A stretch of 64,000 nt of DNA from positions 25,360,001-25,424,000 of the forward strand of contig NC_058368.1 of assembly GCF_018350175.1 (NCBI RefSeq), written 5' to 3'. Below, in pieces: positions 11,031 through 24,415 of this stretch (the first letter of the stretch is position 1; the number at the start of each line of letters is the position of its first letter). The stretch is from Felis catus. Its lineage: Eukaryota. The position numbers and the translations under genes are program-made. The notes beneath the pieces were generated by a model. That model was given only the letters and a program-made list of their open reading frames with translations, did not search any database and was not told the origin of the DNA.

Positions 11031-12694
11031 GGGTGGCGAGCGATCAGACTGGCTAGTAACCTCATGACCCAAGGGATGACATGGTGGGGAGTTTCCTGAG
11101 TTCTCTTTTTGCTTCGTATATCCCTGGTGATTAAGTGCTGAAAGACAGCAACTCAGAAACCCCAACAAGCAAGCCTGCTGTCTCTGACCGAAGGACGAGG
11201 TATGGGGGGGCAGCCTCGCAGGACAGACATTGAGACAACAGCCTGTGCCATGCAGGCTAACACCGCAGCAGCTCGCGGCAGCTAGCCTTCCCCACGTCCT
11301 GCCACCACGACCCCTCAGAGGGACACAGAACCGGCCCCCCAGAGTCCGCGGATGTCCCTTCCCCAGCTGGACCCCATAACCAGAGAGGAGATGGGAAGTC
11401 GCAATAGTTTGAATAAGCCTTACATCTACAGTATGCTGTGTCCTCTTTCCTGCATGAAGATTTTGCACCGCTGGTGCAAGCTGGAGGCTCTAATTTCCTG
11501 TGTCTACTTACATCTAAGATTTGCACGCCGATTCAGGCGGAAACATTATTATGCATCCTTTCCATTACAGCGAAGAAACTTTCTCAGGACTGTAGGTACT
11601 AACGACAATCACAGGACTGAAACTTTGTGTCCCTGGAACTCAAAATTAAGCCGGTATATTCTTCTGAATTTACAATAGAAAAGGTAGATGGATTTTTTGT
11701 TCAGCAAGCGTTGGAACCTGGATTGTTTCAAGTAGAAACTTAAATTACTCAGAGCCCTTCGGCAGCCCTGTCCGCTGAGCTGTGCCGTACCGGATGGAGC
11801 TGCGTTCTGAGGCACAGGGGAGGCACCTCCCGGGAAGTTGTGCACAGCACACGGCGGGGGAGGCGCCGTGTGGCAGGTGCACTACACCACGCCCGCCCCC
11901 ACCCAGCCCCAGACACTGGCCTCCTCACATAGGCAGCCGTGCGGGTTGGAAGGCAGCCGAGCAACGTCCCTGGAGGCAGAGGTGGACAGGCGGGGCCAGA
12001 GCAGGACAGAAAGAACGGCGCAAATGCCACATGGCACCTATAGCTGAAAGACCTGTCGGTGTGGACTTTTGAGGCCCCTTTTGGGGGAATCCCGGAAGCC
12101 ACTGGGGTACAAACTAAAGAGAGGGCGCTAGGTCCTTCTATTTGGATAGGGGCTCTCACACTTCGGCTATTCTGACAGTTCGGCTCCCTTTGCTGCTTTT
12201 AGTTCACGATCCACGCTTGTTTTAATTCCGTGACGTCCCCATGCCTCACAAACCTGGCTGTGCAAATGTTTTCGGTCGCGGGAACCAGAGATTCACCCAG
12301 GAGAGGTCTCTGGGCATGGAGAACCCAACACTGGGGTACTCGCTACACCTGCCATGGTGAGGAGGCTAGCTCGACTCTACAGGCAGGGGAAGCAAATGAG
12401 ACAGACCTCTAAGAAGTCACGTGTGCTGGCTAAATCGAGTAGGGTGGCACAGCCTGGACGGGACGAGAACTTCAACGAGGCCCACCCCGTGGGTCTGTTG
12501 TCGGGTGGGCCACAGCGGGCACCGTGGTGTCTGGGGAACAAAACTCAGAATCCAAAGACGATGGGGCGAGATCACCGGCCCAGGCAGATAGGAAGTCACT
12601 CCATCCCACGGGAAGAACTGGCAACAATGAGGAATTTCGAGGCGGCCATATTGGTGCCACGGGCCTTAACCTCTACCTGCTCAGAAGCAGACTC

Positions 12695-13035
12695 CGGTTC
12701 TAAGAGATAAACTGAGGCCTACAAAACATTTTAAGAGTTTACTTGAGCATATGTCGATTCGAATGGTGTGCCACCAGATCGGAAGTGGTTAGGAAGTGCT
12801 CTGCTGGTGGGAGCTGGGGAGAGGCTTTTATAAAGAAGAGGCAGAAGCAGAGCAACAAAACTTTTGCTTGGCCGTCGCTTAAAGCCCATTTGACCACGTG
12901 CGACTGGTGGTCCTTAGGTTTCGATTCATAACATTGAGGCATTTTATAGGCTTAGATTTTGGCTGGCTTACCTAGGCCCCATGACACGAGAGCCACCCGC
13001 CTCTGTGTACTAGCCTGCTTGGTTAGCTAACTCAT
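12695..13035. mobile_element. Probable ERV1-class solo LTR
   Basis: Resembles carnivore ERV1 LTRs (aaactgaggc..ttaagagtttacttgagc..); family not determined. Confidence 0.4.
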
Positions 13036-13662
13036 CACCCCCAGTTGGAGAGGAGCTGTGGAGTCTGGGAATCAGGCAAGCCGGACCTGAGGCTCCCCAG
13101 CCTGCCCCCCCCCCCCAACCTGGAAAAACCCAGCCAACCACAAGCTACATTCTTAAATTTGCCCCAGCTCACACACAACTTTGGATATGTCGGTCTTCCG
13201 CTTACCAGAGGAGGCTAATACGTTAACGGCATACAGTACGTTATCGGATGTTGAACAGCCATAATGACCTCAACCTCAACCTCACGTCGTGAGCAGGGCG
13301 ACGTGAAAGCTTCACGGGTATTAGAATCACAGATTTGGGATTGATTGATCAGATTTACAAAACAAGAAGGCAGCTTGAAACATCATTACTTTGGAAGAAT
13401 CTCTAAAGGCAGAATTGGTCGCTACTATAACGTGTTAGGCGTTAGGTGCTACCCTGCTTTCCTGAAGACTGCCATCCTTCACAGTGAAGCGACCACTAGG
13501 AGCTTGGCCTTTCCTGCAACTCAGAAAGCCTGGTATGCCCTTAAATCATGGAAGCATTTTTAGGCTCTACAACCATCTCCACATTTGGGGAATGGAGTCT
13601 TTTATGCTCTGAAAAGACTTATTGCCATGCTTCTGTTAAAAAATTAATAATAATATTACCTA

Positions 13663-13704
13663 TTATATATATTTTATATATGTGTGTGTATATATATGTG
13701 TAGC

Positions 13705-13739
<35 letters not shown>
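13663..13739 (+). repeat. Compound (TA)/(TG)/(GA) microsatellite
   Basis: Directly visible. Confidence 0.85.
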
Positions 13740-13944
13740 CAAATGGGGGATTGAGGAGTATGAGAATAATGGAAATAGTCTTTAAAACAAATCTTCCTGG
13801 CCGCCCTACTGTTCCCAGGGTTTGTGTTTTCCTACTAGCATATTGAAATCTCACCAGGCACTTTGGGGAGTCAGAAAAGTGCTTAATTATGGTAAGCCAT
13901 TAATCCTCCTTTTCCGGGTATTTCATTCTATGTTCCTTTTGTAG

Positions 13945-14082
<138 letters not shown>

Positions 14083-16412
14083 TAAGTGACTGGAGAGATC
14101 AAGCTATTGGTCAGCGGGTTCAGGTAGGCCAGCGGTGGCAGCCCGGAAAGCATAAACTGGGCCACCAGAGAAAAGACCAAGGCCAGGGCCAGGCAGGTGC
14201 CCTGAGCCAAAGAGCGAGCACAGAAGCAAGAGAAGGTCAAGGGCAGGTAGACAGAATGATGTGGTTGCCACCAAGAGCAAGGAAATCTACGAGCACGGGA
14301 GGTACAGGATAGGATCAAAGGCTGGCAGTGACAGAGGTTGGAGACCCAGGGCAGGAAAAGTCTTGGAGGTACCATGAACTTATACAGAAGTCCGGGGAGC
14401 AAGGGTCAGAGCCCTGGCCTTTCTTTTAATAAAAGGAGCAACGGGGGGGTCAAGATCTTGGGCATCTGCCAAGAAATTCCCTAGCTTCATCATAGGCTAG
14501 CTAATGCTTTTCCATGCTCCCTGGAGTGGGAAAAGCCATGATCTGCACCGACCGGGAGCGATGGCCAGAATCCCCATTTGGAGTGGGGAATGATAAGGCT
14601 ATTGCAGACCGTTGCTGGCACCAAATCTTTCTAGTTGTCACGGCCCCAGGTCACAAAATGTCCCCAAACTCCCATTTGTCCGTCCGGAATGTGCTGCGGA
14701 GAAACCTGGATTTTCATTTATCCAACTATCAGAAATCGTAGCAAGCAAGGTGCACGTTCCAGCCTCCTGCAAGTCTTTTGCAGACGCTGGCAGTGACACC
14801 AAGGAACCAGCTGTGGGGGTACAGGGTGCCCTGCGTGACCTCCTTGATGAATTGAAGCTTTCTCCAAAACCAAGAAGAGAGGTTGACTGCCAGCAACTTC
14901 TGCTTTGGGCTCAGTAGAGTCCTGGGGCCAGACACCCCTGAGGCTTCTCTAGGAAAGGAGAAAGCAGAATACACAGAGTGAAACACAAAGAATATCCAAG
15001 CTTCCAGATCCTTACACAGCTACAAAAACAAACGCAAAGTAACTTCGCTGTGAGTTACCGGGCCCCATATGTGACATTTCCCCACCTATTCCATCCCACT
15101 TGGGTCTATAACCAAGGTTCATTCTAATCTGATCGCACTCAACAAATATTTCCTGAGCACCTACTATGTGCTGATCTACTATGTGTAGATCAATCTACAG
15201 AATATATAGTCAATCTATAGAATAGCGGGGATCTCAGAGTCTCTGCCGTTGAGGAGCCGGCTGGCAAGAATAGGCAAAGGTGGGCAAAGAGCCAAGGGAG
15301 GAAGCTTTTCAAAAGGGCCTTGGGTGCCTGTGGCTGGATCCCCTCACTGGAATTTAACCCTTGCGAACGTTTGGCATCCTGCTCTCGACCTTTAAGTCAG
15401 GCTTCACCCCACCCCCGGTTTGGTCCCTATCCTTTCACAGATGATGGCAGGCTAGGTAACTGCTTCGATTCCATTCAAAGTGCTTGCAGATACAACAAAT
15501 AACATTCAATGCAAATGGACCAGGAAGAGCTCATTCTCAAGTCCCGCCACTGCTTCTAAAGCACAAACAGTAAACCTGCTCTCTGCCCGCCAAAATAGCA
15601 CAGCCCTTTCCAGCCAAAGGTATTTGCTTCCTGGGGTTACTTGAGGTTAAATTATTCCACTCTCCTCAAGGAATCTGAACTGAGCACTTGAAATCGGTCA
15701 GGTCAAAGGCCTTCTTCTCAGATCCAATTAAGCCTGGGCAGCTCACTCCTTTCAGCACATTCCCTTTCAAAGGGGCTCTGATCTGAGAACCAAGAAACGC
15801 AGCTGCCCCGGGAGACCACCCTTATTTGGAACAGAAACAGCCCAAGCCAGTGAAATCCCAAGACGACTTGCTTTGTATATTGACAGGAGAGGGGGTAAGG
15901 GCTTGATTATTTTGAAGAACCAGCCGTCAGTGTGGCTTTCATGAGGAGTCATTTTGAATGAGAGTATTTGAAGTTTTCCCACTAAACGCAAAGGGGTTTC
16001 AAGTGACTCTGTCCAGTTCCCAGATGGTGCTGTTTTTCCCAGCTATTTCCAAATGTAACCTTCACTGGGATATGCACCAGCCATAGAGAAAAATCAAGCT
16101 GCATGAGCTTAACTCCTAGAGCTGGTTTCACATTTGGACCTCCCAGTCCTGTCCTAGCTCCCAAGATGCCCCTTGTTGAATTCGTTTAGAAGGATTTGGG
16201 TGTCAGCCTAAACTCCAGGAGGGAAGCACTGGGTCAACACCATTGTACTGTCCCTTTATTCCTGAGTACTGAGTGGAAGAAAAACAGCCCCCGAAAGCAG
16301 AGGCACGAGCCCAATTCTTCAACAATAGAAACACTCGGCAGGTTCTAGCACTGTCTACACTGTGTAGCATGACACGTAAACATGCATTCGAGATAATTCA
16401 CTTTCTCTTTAG

Positions 16413-16474
16413 GTTGAAGAAAAATTTTGGAAAATACAAGCAAACAATCCTCTGGATTATGAAGAAACGTGAAA
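16413..16474 (+). CDS. ERICH6B: ERICH6B exon (62 nt): LKKNFGKYKQTILWIMKKRE
   Basis: ctttctctttag acceptor, gtaagg donor; phase 2-1 fits neighbours; resembles human [20 protein letters not shown]. Confidence 0.9.
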
Positions 16475-16878
16475 GTAAGGACTACTCCCCCATTTTTCCA
16501 TCCTGTGATTGCCTCTTACCTTCTGCCACGAACCCTAAAGGAGGCAGAAATGCTCACTGCCTAACCACAGCACCTACTGGACTAGCAAGGTCCTCGCTTC
16601 CAGGGATAAAATACCAAGCAAGATGGACACAGCCTGGGACCCCCTTATCCTTTTTGGGGGGACTGTGGGTAAAGATAGATAAGAAAGCAGGGGATTCATG
16701 TATGGAATGGTTAAGTGCTGTGGTAGGAAGAGAAGTCCATAGAGCCCCATAAGAAGGGATCTAAACTAGACTGGAGGGGCTACTTAGATCATTACCAGAT
16801 ACTGAAGGCATCTGAGGTCCAGCTGTTAAGATTTCCCCATCATGGTGGTTGCCAGTGTTTTTAAGTTTAATCATGGAG

Positions 16879-17001
16879 GGGGCATCTGGGTGGCTCTGTT
16901 GGTTAAGCATCTGACTGTTGATTCTGGTTCAGGTCATGATCTCGGGATCATGAGGTTGAGACCCACTTCAGGCTTCACGTTGAGCATGGATCCTGCTTAA
17001 G

Positions 17002-17047
<46 letters not shown>

Positions 17048-17092
17048 CTTCCCCTGCTCTCTTTCTCTCAAACAAATTCTTTAAAAAAAATC
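16879..17092 (+). mobile_element. Older SINEC element with long (CT)n
   Basis: SINE head, (CT)n at ~17004-17044; imperfect TSD taat(c/a)atgga. Confidence 0.85.
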
Positions 17093-18096
17093 TAATAATG
17101 GAAAACTTGGGCCAAGAGCCAAAGCCATGAGACTATTTCATTCAGAGACTCAAAGCCACCACATGGAAATCTTTAAGATTACTAGATCCAACTAACACAG
17201 AAATGTCAACAATACCCATGGCTAACCAGTCCTGGTACTTTTTCTCCCTGAGCCAGGACACATCCTCAGATTCCCTCCCCAGACCATGTTCCAGGCCCCC
17301 AATACCAATTTATGCCCCTGATCGAACTCTTAGGGAATAACTTCTGTGGACCGGGTTATTTTCACGTAGTCTGATTCAAATGAGCCTTCATAACCACGTG
17401 AAGCAGGATAAAGAAGCTAAAGGCTCAGGGAGGCTAAGGGACTTAACCTGAGATCACCCAGTCGTCGTGTGGGCACGAGCCGCATGCTGCCCGAGACCTC
17501 TCAGGCCAAACCTGGGACTCATCCCCAACGAAAGGCTAGTGTTTCTGGGGAAGAAAAAGAGGGGGACTTCTAAGCCTAGGTCTCGTGCACTCACTGGAAC
17601 TAGGAGACAAGAAGGAATGGCTACCTTCGGCTTCCATAGTGGGAAGGCCCTGCCTCCCACCAAGACTCACACAATGGGGTGCCCCCAAAACAAGGAGGGG
17701 GGTTCAGAAGCTCAGCAGCCAAAAACACAACACACATTATCTATTCCACTTATGATACTACACTTGTCTACTGCTCATATTTCTGTTCCCTCTGGGCTGT
17801 AGATGCCTGTGTCTTTTCTTACTTGCCACTTCAGTAAGGCACACAGTAAGCACTCAATAAGTGTTTTTGTTGTTGTTTTTAATGGATGTGGGCATGTATG
17901 ATTTTTTTTCTTTTTTTCTTCTTTTTGCTCCTTTTGGGAGATTAAGGCCTCTCTGGATACTCCGCTGCCACACATCCAGGATAGGACTTCCAATTGGAGA
18001 ATAAGATTTTAATATTGTTGAACGCCCATAGTGCCTCACGACTACCCCTGCCGACTCCCTGCTCCTCTGGGCAATTGAAGTCTAGAAGGATTGAAC

Positions 18097-18311
18097 TTTT
18101 TTTTTTTTTTTTCAACATTTATTTTTGGGACAGAGAGAGACAGAGCATGAACGGGGGAGGGGCAGAGAGAGAGGGAGACACAGAACCGGAAACAGGCTCC
18201 AGGCTCTGAGCCATCAGCCCAGAGCCCGACGCGGGGCTCGAACTCACGGACCGCGAGATCGTGACCTGGCTGAAGTCGGACGCTTAACCGACTGCGCCAC
18301 CCAGGCGCCCC
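18097..18311 (-). mobile_element. SINEC_Fc-like SINE
   Basis: TSD aggattgaactttt. Confidence 0.93.
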
Positions 18312-18315
18312 AGGA

Positions 18316-18403
18316 TTGAACTTTTTATGCAAAAAAGCAACACTTTGAATTCTTTATACAAAAAAAAGCAACACCTTGAACTTTTTGTACAAAAAAACAA
18401 CCC
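18316..18403 (+). repeat. Three tandem ~30-bp copies (ttgaactttttatgcaaaaaagcaacac)
   Basis: Directly visible imperfect triplication. Confidence 0.8.
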
Positions 18404-18564
18404 TTCTAATAGATAAAAGGCATCCCCTCCATGTTCTGGTTGTAGACAGTCCCAAAGAAATCTCCCAGCCTCTTCCAAGATACAAACTCGCTTACTTCCA
18501 GGATGCAGACCATTCTGTATTCTACACACACACCTCCCTGTCTGCACACGCTGATTCCCAAGCC

Positions 18565-18735
18565 CAGGCTGGCTTCATGAATGTGGGACCTCTGATCAGT
18601 CACACGGGACCCAATACTTTGAAAGGTGCTGCGCTTGATTCAATGCCCTGGGCTCACCGTCTTGAACTTCTTAATAATATTAGAACAAGGACCTCTGCAT
18701 TTTCGTTTTGCATGGGGCCTCTCAAATTAAGTGGC
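18565..18735. mobile_element. MER91-like hAT relic
   Basis: cgtcttgaacttcttaataat...gaacaaggacctctgcattttcgttttgca motif. Confidence 0.55.
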
Positions 18736-19319
18736 CTTTCCTGTTCAGAACCATCTAGTCTGGGAAAAGAGGTGGGAAGACACTGAATCATGAGCCATCA
18801 AAATTCAAAGCTCCCCGAGTGAAGGCCACAGATATATTGACCCTCTACTGGGTGGCAGGCACGGTGTAGAACATGATTTCACAGTACAATAAAACCTTGG
18901 ATTGTGAGTAACTTGTTCTGCAAGACGAGCAAACCTTTCTGATAAATTTTAACTTGATAAATGAACGATGTCTTGCGATACGAGTGGTACCGAATGTCAC
19001 GTGATCACAACTGAACCAACGGTTCTTGAAATTCCCTTTGATGCACGAGTGCTTTGGATTGCAAGCATGTTTCCGGAAATGAATTATGCTCACAAACCAA
19101 GGTTTTACTGTAACTCAGTAGGTAGCTGTAGGCATCATTATTCCATTTTAAAGGAACAGAGGCTCAGAAAGGCAGCCTAAAGCCTCCCCCTAATGATGGC
19201 ACAGCCGGATGTATAGCACAAAACAAAGCGTCCACGGTTTTAGCATTCCAATAGGGGAAAAAGATGAGCATATATATGTCCTCTTTTGTCATTACCATTT
19301 TAGAAATGTTTTCTATTAA

Positions 19320-22300
19320 TTTTTTTTTAATTTTTTTTTCAACGTTTACTTATTTTTGCGACAGAGAGAGACAGAGCATGAACGGGGGAGGGGCAGAGAG
19401 AGAGGGAGACACAGAATCGGAAACAGGCTCCAGGCTCCGAGCCATCAGCCCAGAGCCCGACGCGGGGCTCGAACTCACGGGCCGCGAGATCGTGACCTGG
19501 CTGAAGTCGGACGCTTAACCGACTGCGCCACCCAGGCGCCCCTCTATTAATTTCTAAGAGACACTCACAAACAGTGGCTGGGCTCACTTCAGCTTTTTCT
19601 CTCTGACAAATCATTATCATTTGTAAGCAGGCACTGGAGAAGGAAGGTGCTTCTCCCAGGGAGACTGAGACCCCCTTCCAAACTTCTCACACAGGGTTCC
19701 AAATGACCCTGCCCTCCCACCTCTGTCTCCTCATTTTCCTGCGGAAAAGCCTCCTCTCCGAGTTCTAGCCAGTGGCCTCCTTAGTTTCTCAGACGTGCCG
19801 CTGTCCCAGATTCTTCCTGCTGCTCCCACGGCTTGTCTGACGCCCGCCGAGAGTCAGCTGCCCTACTAATCTAGTTCCAAAATTCAACTCATATAGAAAT
19901 TGACAGAAATGATGATAAAAAGAAACTTGTTGCTGTGAAAACGAAGTTGAATACTTTCAAAAGACTCAATAAGAAAATAGCTTTTTAATTTTTTTTTTTT
20001 TTTTTACATTTTATTTATTTTTGAGAGAGAGAGAGAGACAGAGCACAAGTGGGGGAGGGGCAGAGAGAGAGGGAGACACGGAATCCGAAGCAGGCTCCAG
20101 GCTCTGAGCTGTCAGCACAGAGCCCGACATGCAGCTCAAACCCACGAACCATGAGATCATGATCTGGGCCGAAGTCGAAGGCTTAACCAACTGAGCCACC
20201 CAGGCACCCCAAGAAAATAGCTTTTTAAAAAACTTTTTAGGGGCGCCTGGGTGGCTCAGTCGATGAGCGTCCGACTTTGGCTCAGGTCATGATCTCGTGC
20301 TTCGTGAGTTCAAGCCCTGTGTCAGGCTCTGTGCTGATAAATGAACATGGAGCCTGTTTCAGATTCTCTCTCTGACCCTCCCCCGTTCATGCTCTGTCTC
20401 TGTCTCAAAAACAAATAAATGTTAAAAAAAAATTTAAAAAAGAAAAACACTACTTTAGGGACACCCAAGTGGCTCAGTTGGTTGAGCGTTCAACTTCGGC
20501 TCAGATCATGATCTTACAGTTTGTGAGTTCGAGCCCCGCGTAGGGCTCTGTGCTGATGGCTCAGAGTCTGGAGTCTGCTTCAGGGAGGATTCCATCTCCC
20601 TCTCTCCCTGCTCCTCCCCTGCTCACTCTTTCTCTCTCTCTCTCTTAAAAATAAATAAAACATTAAAAAATATAACACTACTTTAAATTTATATGTGGAC
20701 AGAACATCCATTAAAGATTGGGGAATATACAGAATTTTTTAAGTCTGTGATTCTGCAGACTGCTTACAAACTACCAAAACTGAGAATTATAGATAATAAA
20801 TTATTAATGTGCTTTGAGCAAAAAAGATCACAGAGTCCAGCATCAGAAGCGCCCACAAAGGAGGTCTTGCCCTGCATTTTGTCATGGCATACTGGGACAC
20901 CTGGGTGACTCAGTCGGGTAAGTGTCCAGCTCTCGATTTTTGTCTCAGGTCACGATGTCACGTTTCCTGAGATCCAGCTCCACATCCCAAGCCTGCTTGA
21001 GATCCTCTCTCTCCCTGTCTTGCTGCCCCTCTCCCACGCCGATGTGCCCGCACTCTCTCTTTCTCTCTCAAAATAAAGAAATAAACTTTAAAAAAGAGTA
21101 ACGTGGGGCACCTGGGTGGCGCAGTCGGTTAAGCGTCCGACTTCAGCCAGGTCACGATCTCGCGGTCCGTGAGTTCGAGCCCCGCGTCAGGCTCTGGGCT
21201 GATGGCTCGGAGCCTGGAGCCTGTTTCCGATGCTGTGTCTCCCTCTCTCTCTGCCCCTCCCCCGTTCATGCTATGTTTCTCTCTGTCCCAAAAATAAATA
21301 AAAAACGTTGAAAAAAAAAATTTTAAAAAAAAATAATTAAAAAAAAAAAGAGTAACGTGGCACGCTAACACACATTTATGTTTTAAGTTGACATAACGGG
21401 GTTTGAAGCGTTTCCTATTTTTTGTAAATGGCTCCCCACTTTTGCCTATTTTGTAAATTACCAGAATTAGCAGCCATGCTTGTTAGCAGCGTGTGGCTGG
21501 TATGTCACCTTCACACCCCCCCCCCCCCGCCAAGTCTGGACTGGGTGGTCCTCACCACGGCATCTCGCATCTAGCCTTGGACCGGCACACTGTAGGCCCT
21601 TGATAAATGCATTTTGAGTGGACGGATGCCAAACTGCATCTTCAGAATCTTCAAGAAAGCTGCAACTTCAACCCTTACATTTCTCTCCAGAGACCTGCCT
21701 TTTCCACCATCTGGCAGCCTTCGCCACTTGGGGGAATATGGCCGATGTCTCAATCCCTCAACCTGTCTGAGAAAGACAGAGCCAGGCCTCCTTTCTCTTT
21801 TCTACCAGACTTCCTCACGGCCAAAACTGCGGAGACGTCGACTTTCACATTTCACTTATGGAAACAACCACCACAAGGTGAGGAGCCTGTGACAGAGGCC
21901 AAAAAAACTCGTCGTGTGGTTTATCGGAAGAAGAAATTGGAAGTAGATACGGGATGGGTCCACAGCAAGACTGAGGTAAGTATGGCAGTGCATTGGTGTT
22001 GTCACTTTGTGCAGGGTTTTTGTGGTGGGGGGGGAGGGGGGGAGGGGGGTGGGGATGAGACACACACATAACATCAGGGAGTTGTCAGAACTAACATACA
22101 GTGTGAATACAAATACAGAGGCACACCTGAGTGTGGGGGTTATGGGCAGATTAACCGGGGCTTTTATAGGGTTCACTGAGACTCTTCTCCCTTCGGGCCC
22201 CGTCTTAGGCATTTGGGTAAGATTGGGAGGAGGAGGGGCGCCTGGGTGGCCGCAGTCAGTTAAGCGTCCGACTTCAGCCAGGTCACGATCTCGCGGTCCA

Positions 22301-23153
22301 TGAGTTCGAGCCCCGCCTCGGGCTCTGGGCTGATGGCTCAGAGCCTGGAGCCTGTTTCCGATTCTGTGTGTCCCTCTCTCTCTCTGCCCCTCCCCCGTTC
22401 ATGCTCTGTCTCTCTCTGTCCCAAAAATAAATAAACGTTGAAAAAAAAAATTAAAAAAAAAAAAAAAAAGATTGGGAGAAGGAAAATGGAAGTGTATAAT
22501 ATAAAGGTCCATCCCCTAAAAAATTTAAAATGTACACAAAAATCAATCCCGGGGAATGGCCGGTTAAGAGGGTATATGGGTAGGGTCACCCTACGCTTGC
22601 CTCCTACCTCAAACACAGCTAGAGAAACATCAAATCTTTCTGAACTCCGAAGAAATCGATCAGAGGACCGAGCAAACAAAGCTGCATGTCTACAGGCAGA
22701 AAAAAAACAAAAAACAAAAAACAAAAAACGGCCACCTTGTGGAAGGTAGGAACCACAAAGAGTTGATTTGGGGGAGAAAAGAGCCGCAGGTGCTGAGGAG
22801 GTGAGCAAAGAAAGAGAGAGAGAGAGAGAAGAGTGAAAACATGCACCGGGGACTTCACGGGGAAAACTCTTCCCCGAAACTGTTGGCTGGGAAAAAGGAG
22901 AGGGTTTAAATACCGCCAGCTTTTTTTAAAAAAAATTTTTTTTATTTTAACGTTTATTTATTTTTGAGACAGAGAAAGACAGAGCATGAACAGGGGAGGG
23001 TCAGAGAGAGAGAGGGAGACACAGAATCGGAAACACGCTCCAGGCTCTGAGCTGTCAGCACAGAGCCCGATGCGGGGCTTGAACTCACGGACCGCGAGAT
23101 CATGACCGGAGCCGGAGTCGGATGCTTAACCGACTGAGCCACCCAGGCGCCCC
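19320..23153. mobile_element. Cluster of eight SINEC elements: 19320-19542(-), 19990-20210(-), 20240-20445(+), 20458-20672(+), 20894-21095(+), 21105-21350(+), 22235-22469(+), 22921-23153(-)
   Basis: Each has a tRNA-derived head, (CT)n and A-tail; several have clear TSDs. Confidence 0.9.
21809..21975 (+). CDS. ERICH6B: ERICH6B exon (167 nt): (N)FLTAKTAETSTFTFHLWKQPPQ...RRVVYRKKKLEVDTGWVHSKTE
   Basis: ctttctcttttctaccag acceptor, GAG|gtaagt donor; resembles human TSFTFHLMSKP...[20 protein letters not shown]. Confidence 0.9.
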
Positions 23154-23787
23154 AATACTGCCAGCTTTTATACACAGCGGATTACAGGGTCCGAGTCTGA
23201 AGTTTCAGAGGTCAGGGGGATCGCCAGGGTGGCCCCTGGTGGTGCTGCAGCAGGAGTGGGCAGCTCAGTCCGAGGATCCCCCAGGGTGCCCTGGGAGAAG
23301 TGGTTCCCGCGCCGGGAGTGCATTTGGTAGGGGGGATCTGGCCTTTCCGCGGGCAAAGGACCCGGTGGGCACCACTGAGCTGCCGCATTCACCAGCACGG
23401 GAACAAAGATGCCCGCCGAGGGCAGCGACCTTGGCGCCAGCTTTCTGCTGCGATTTACCATAAACTCCGAGCCACCGCACAGTCACGCAACCACTTTCTG
23501 GAACAAGCCAGCACCGGCCACAGGGCACGGAGACTCTCCCCCAGAGGATCAGTACTGGGCTGCCCCACGGGGGTATCCGAAAGTTAGTTCTGAAACACAG
23601 CCATGCCTGAGAGAAAACCCGGGAAAGCTGTGCCACCTGACAGGTGGACAGCTCAAACACACACAGAGTGCAGGTGGGGATCTGACAGAAGCCAGGGACA
23701 CAGAAGGGGTGACTGTTTGCTTATCTGTGAGGGCTTCCTGAGGAGTGGCAAGCACAAGCTCCCTGATCCAGAGATGAGAGGGGGGCA

Positions 23788-24415
23788 ATGCAAATTGGTG
23801 CAGCCGCTCTGGAAAGCAGTGTGGAGGTTCCTCAAAAAATTAAAAATAGACCTACCCTATGACCCAGCAATAGCACTGCTAGGAATTTATCCAAGGGATA
23901 CAGGAGTACTGAGGCATAGGGCCACTTGTACCCCAATGTTCATAGCAGCACTCTCAACCATAGCCAAATTATGGAAAGAGCCTAAATGTCCATCAACTGA
24001 TGAATGGATAAAGAAATTGTGGTTTATATACACAATGGAGTACTACGTGGCAATGAGAAAGAATGAAATATGGCCTTTTGTAGCAACGTGGATGGAACTG
24101 GAGAGTGTGATGCTAAGTGAAATAAGCCATACAGAGAAAGACAGATACCATATGTTTTCACTCTTATGTGGATCCTGAGAAACTTAACAGAAACCCATGG
24201 AGGAGGGGAAGAAAAAAAAAAAAAAGAGGTTAGAGTGGAAGAGAGCCAAAGCATAAGAGACTCTTAAAAACTGAGAACAAACTGAGGATTGATGGGGGGT
24301 GGGAGGGAGGGGAGGGTAGGTGATGGGTATTGAGGAGGGCACCTTTTGGGATGAGCACTGGGTGTTGTATGGAAACCAATTTGACAATAAATTCCATATT
24401 AAAAAAAATAAAATA
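23788..24415 (+). mobile_element. Young 5'-truncated L1_Fc-like insertion nested in the older L1 5' UTR
   Basis: Uninterrupted ORF2 C-terminus (CKLVQPLWK...MFSLLCGS*), G-rich 3' UTR, AATAAA at 24386 and A-tail. Confidence 0.9.

Noticed and set aside
14612..14917. Protein-like ORF near an ERICH6B exon
   Set aside because: No similarity to the recalled protein; the flanking exons already join in frame
18316..18403. Resemblance to lambda/Gateway attB core (tttgtacaaaaaa)
   Set aside because: Low-complexity A/T triplication in native context; no flanking vector sequence
21878..21883. Internal donor-like site CAAG|gtgagg in an ERICH6B exon
   Set aside because: Use would shift the frame; homology continues to 21975
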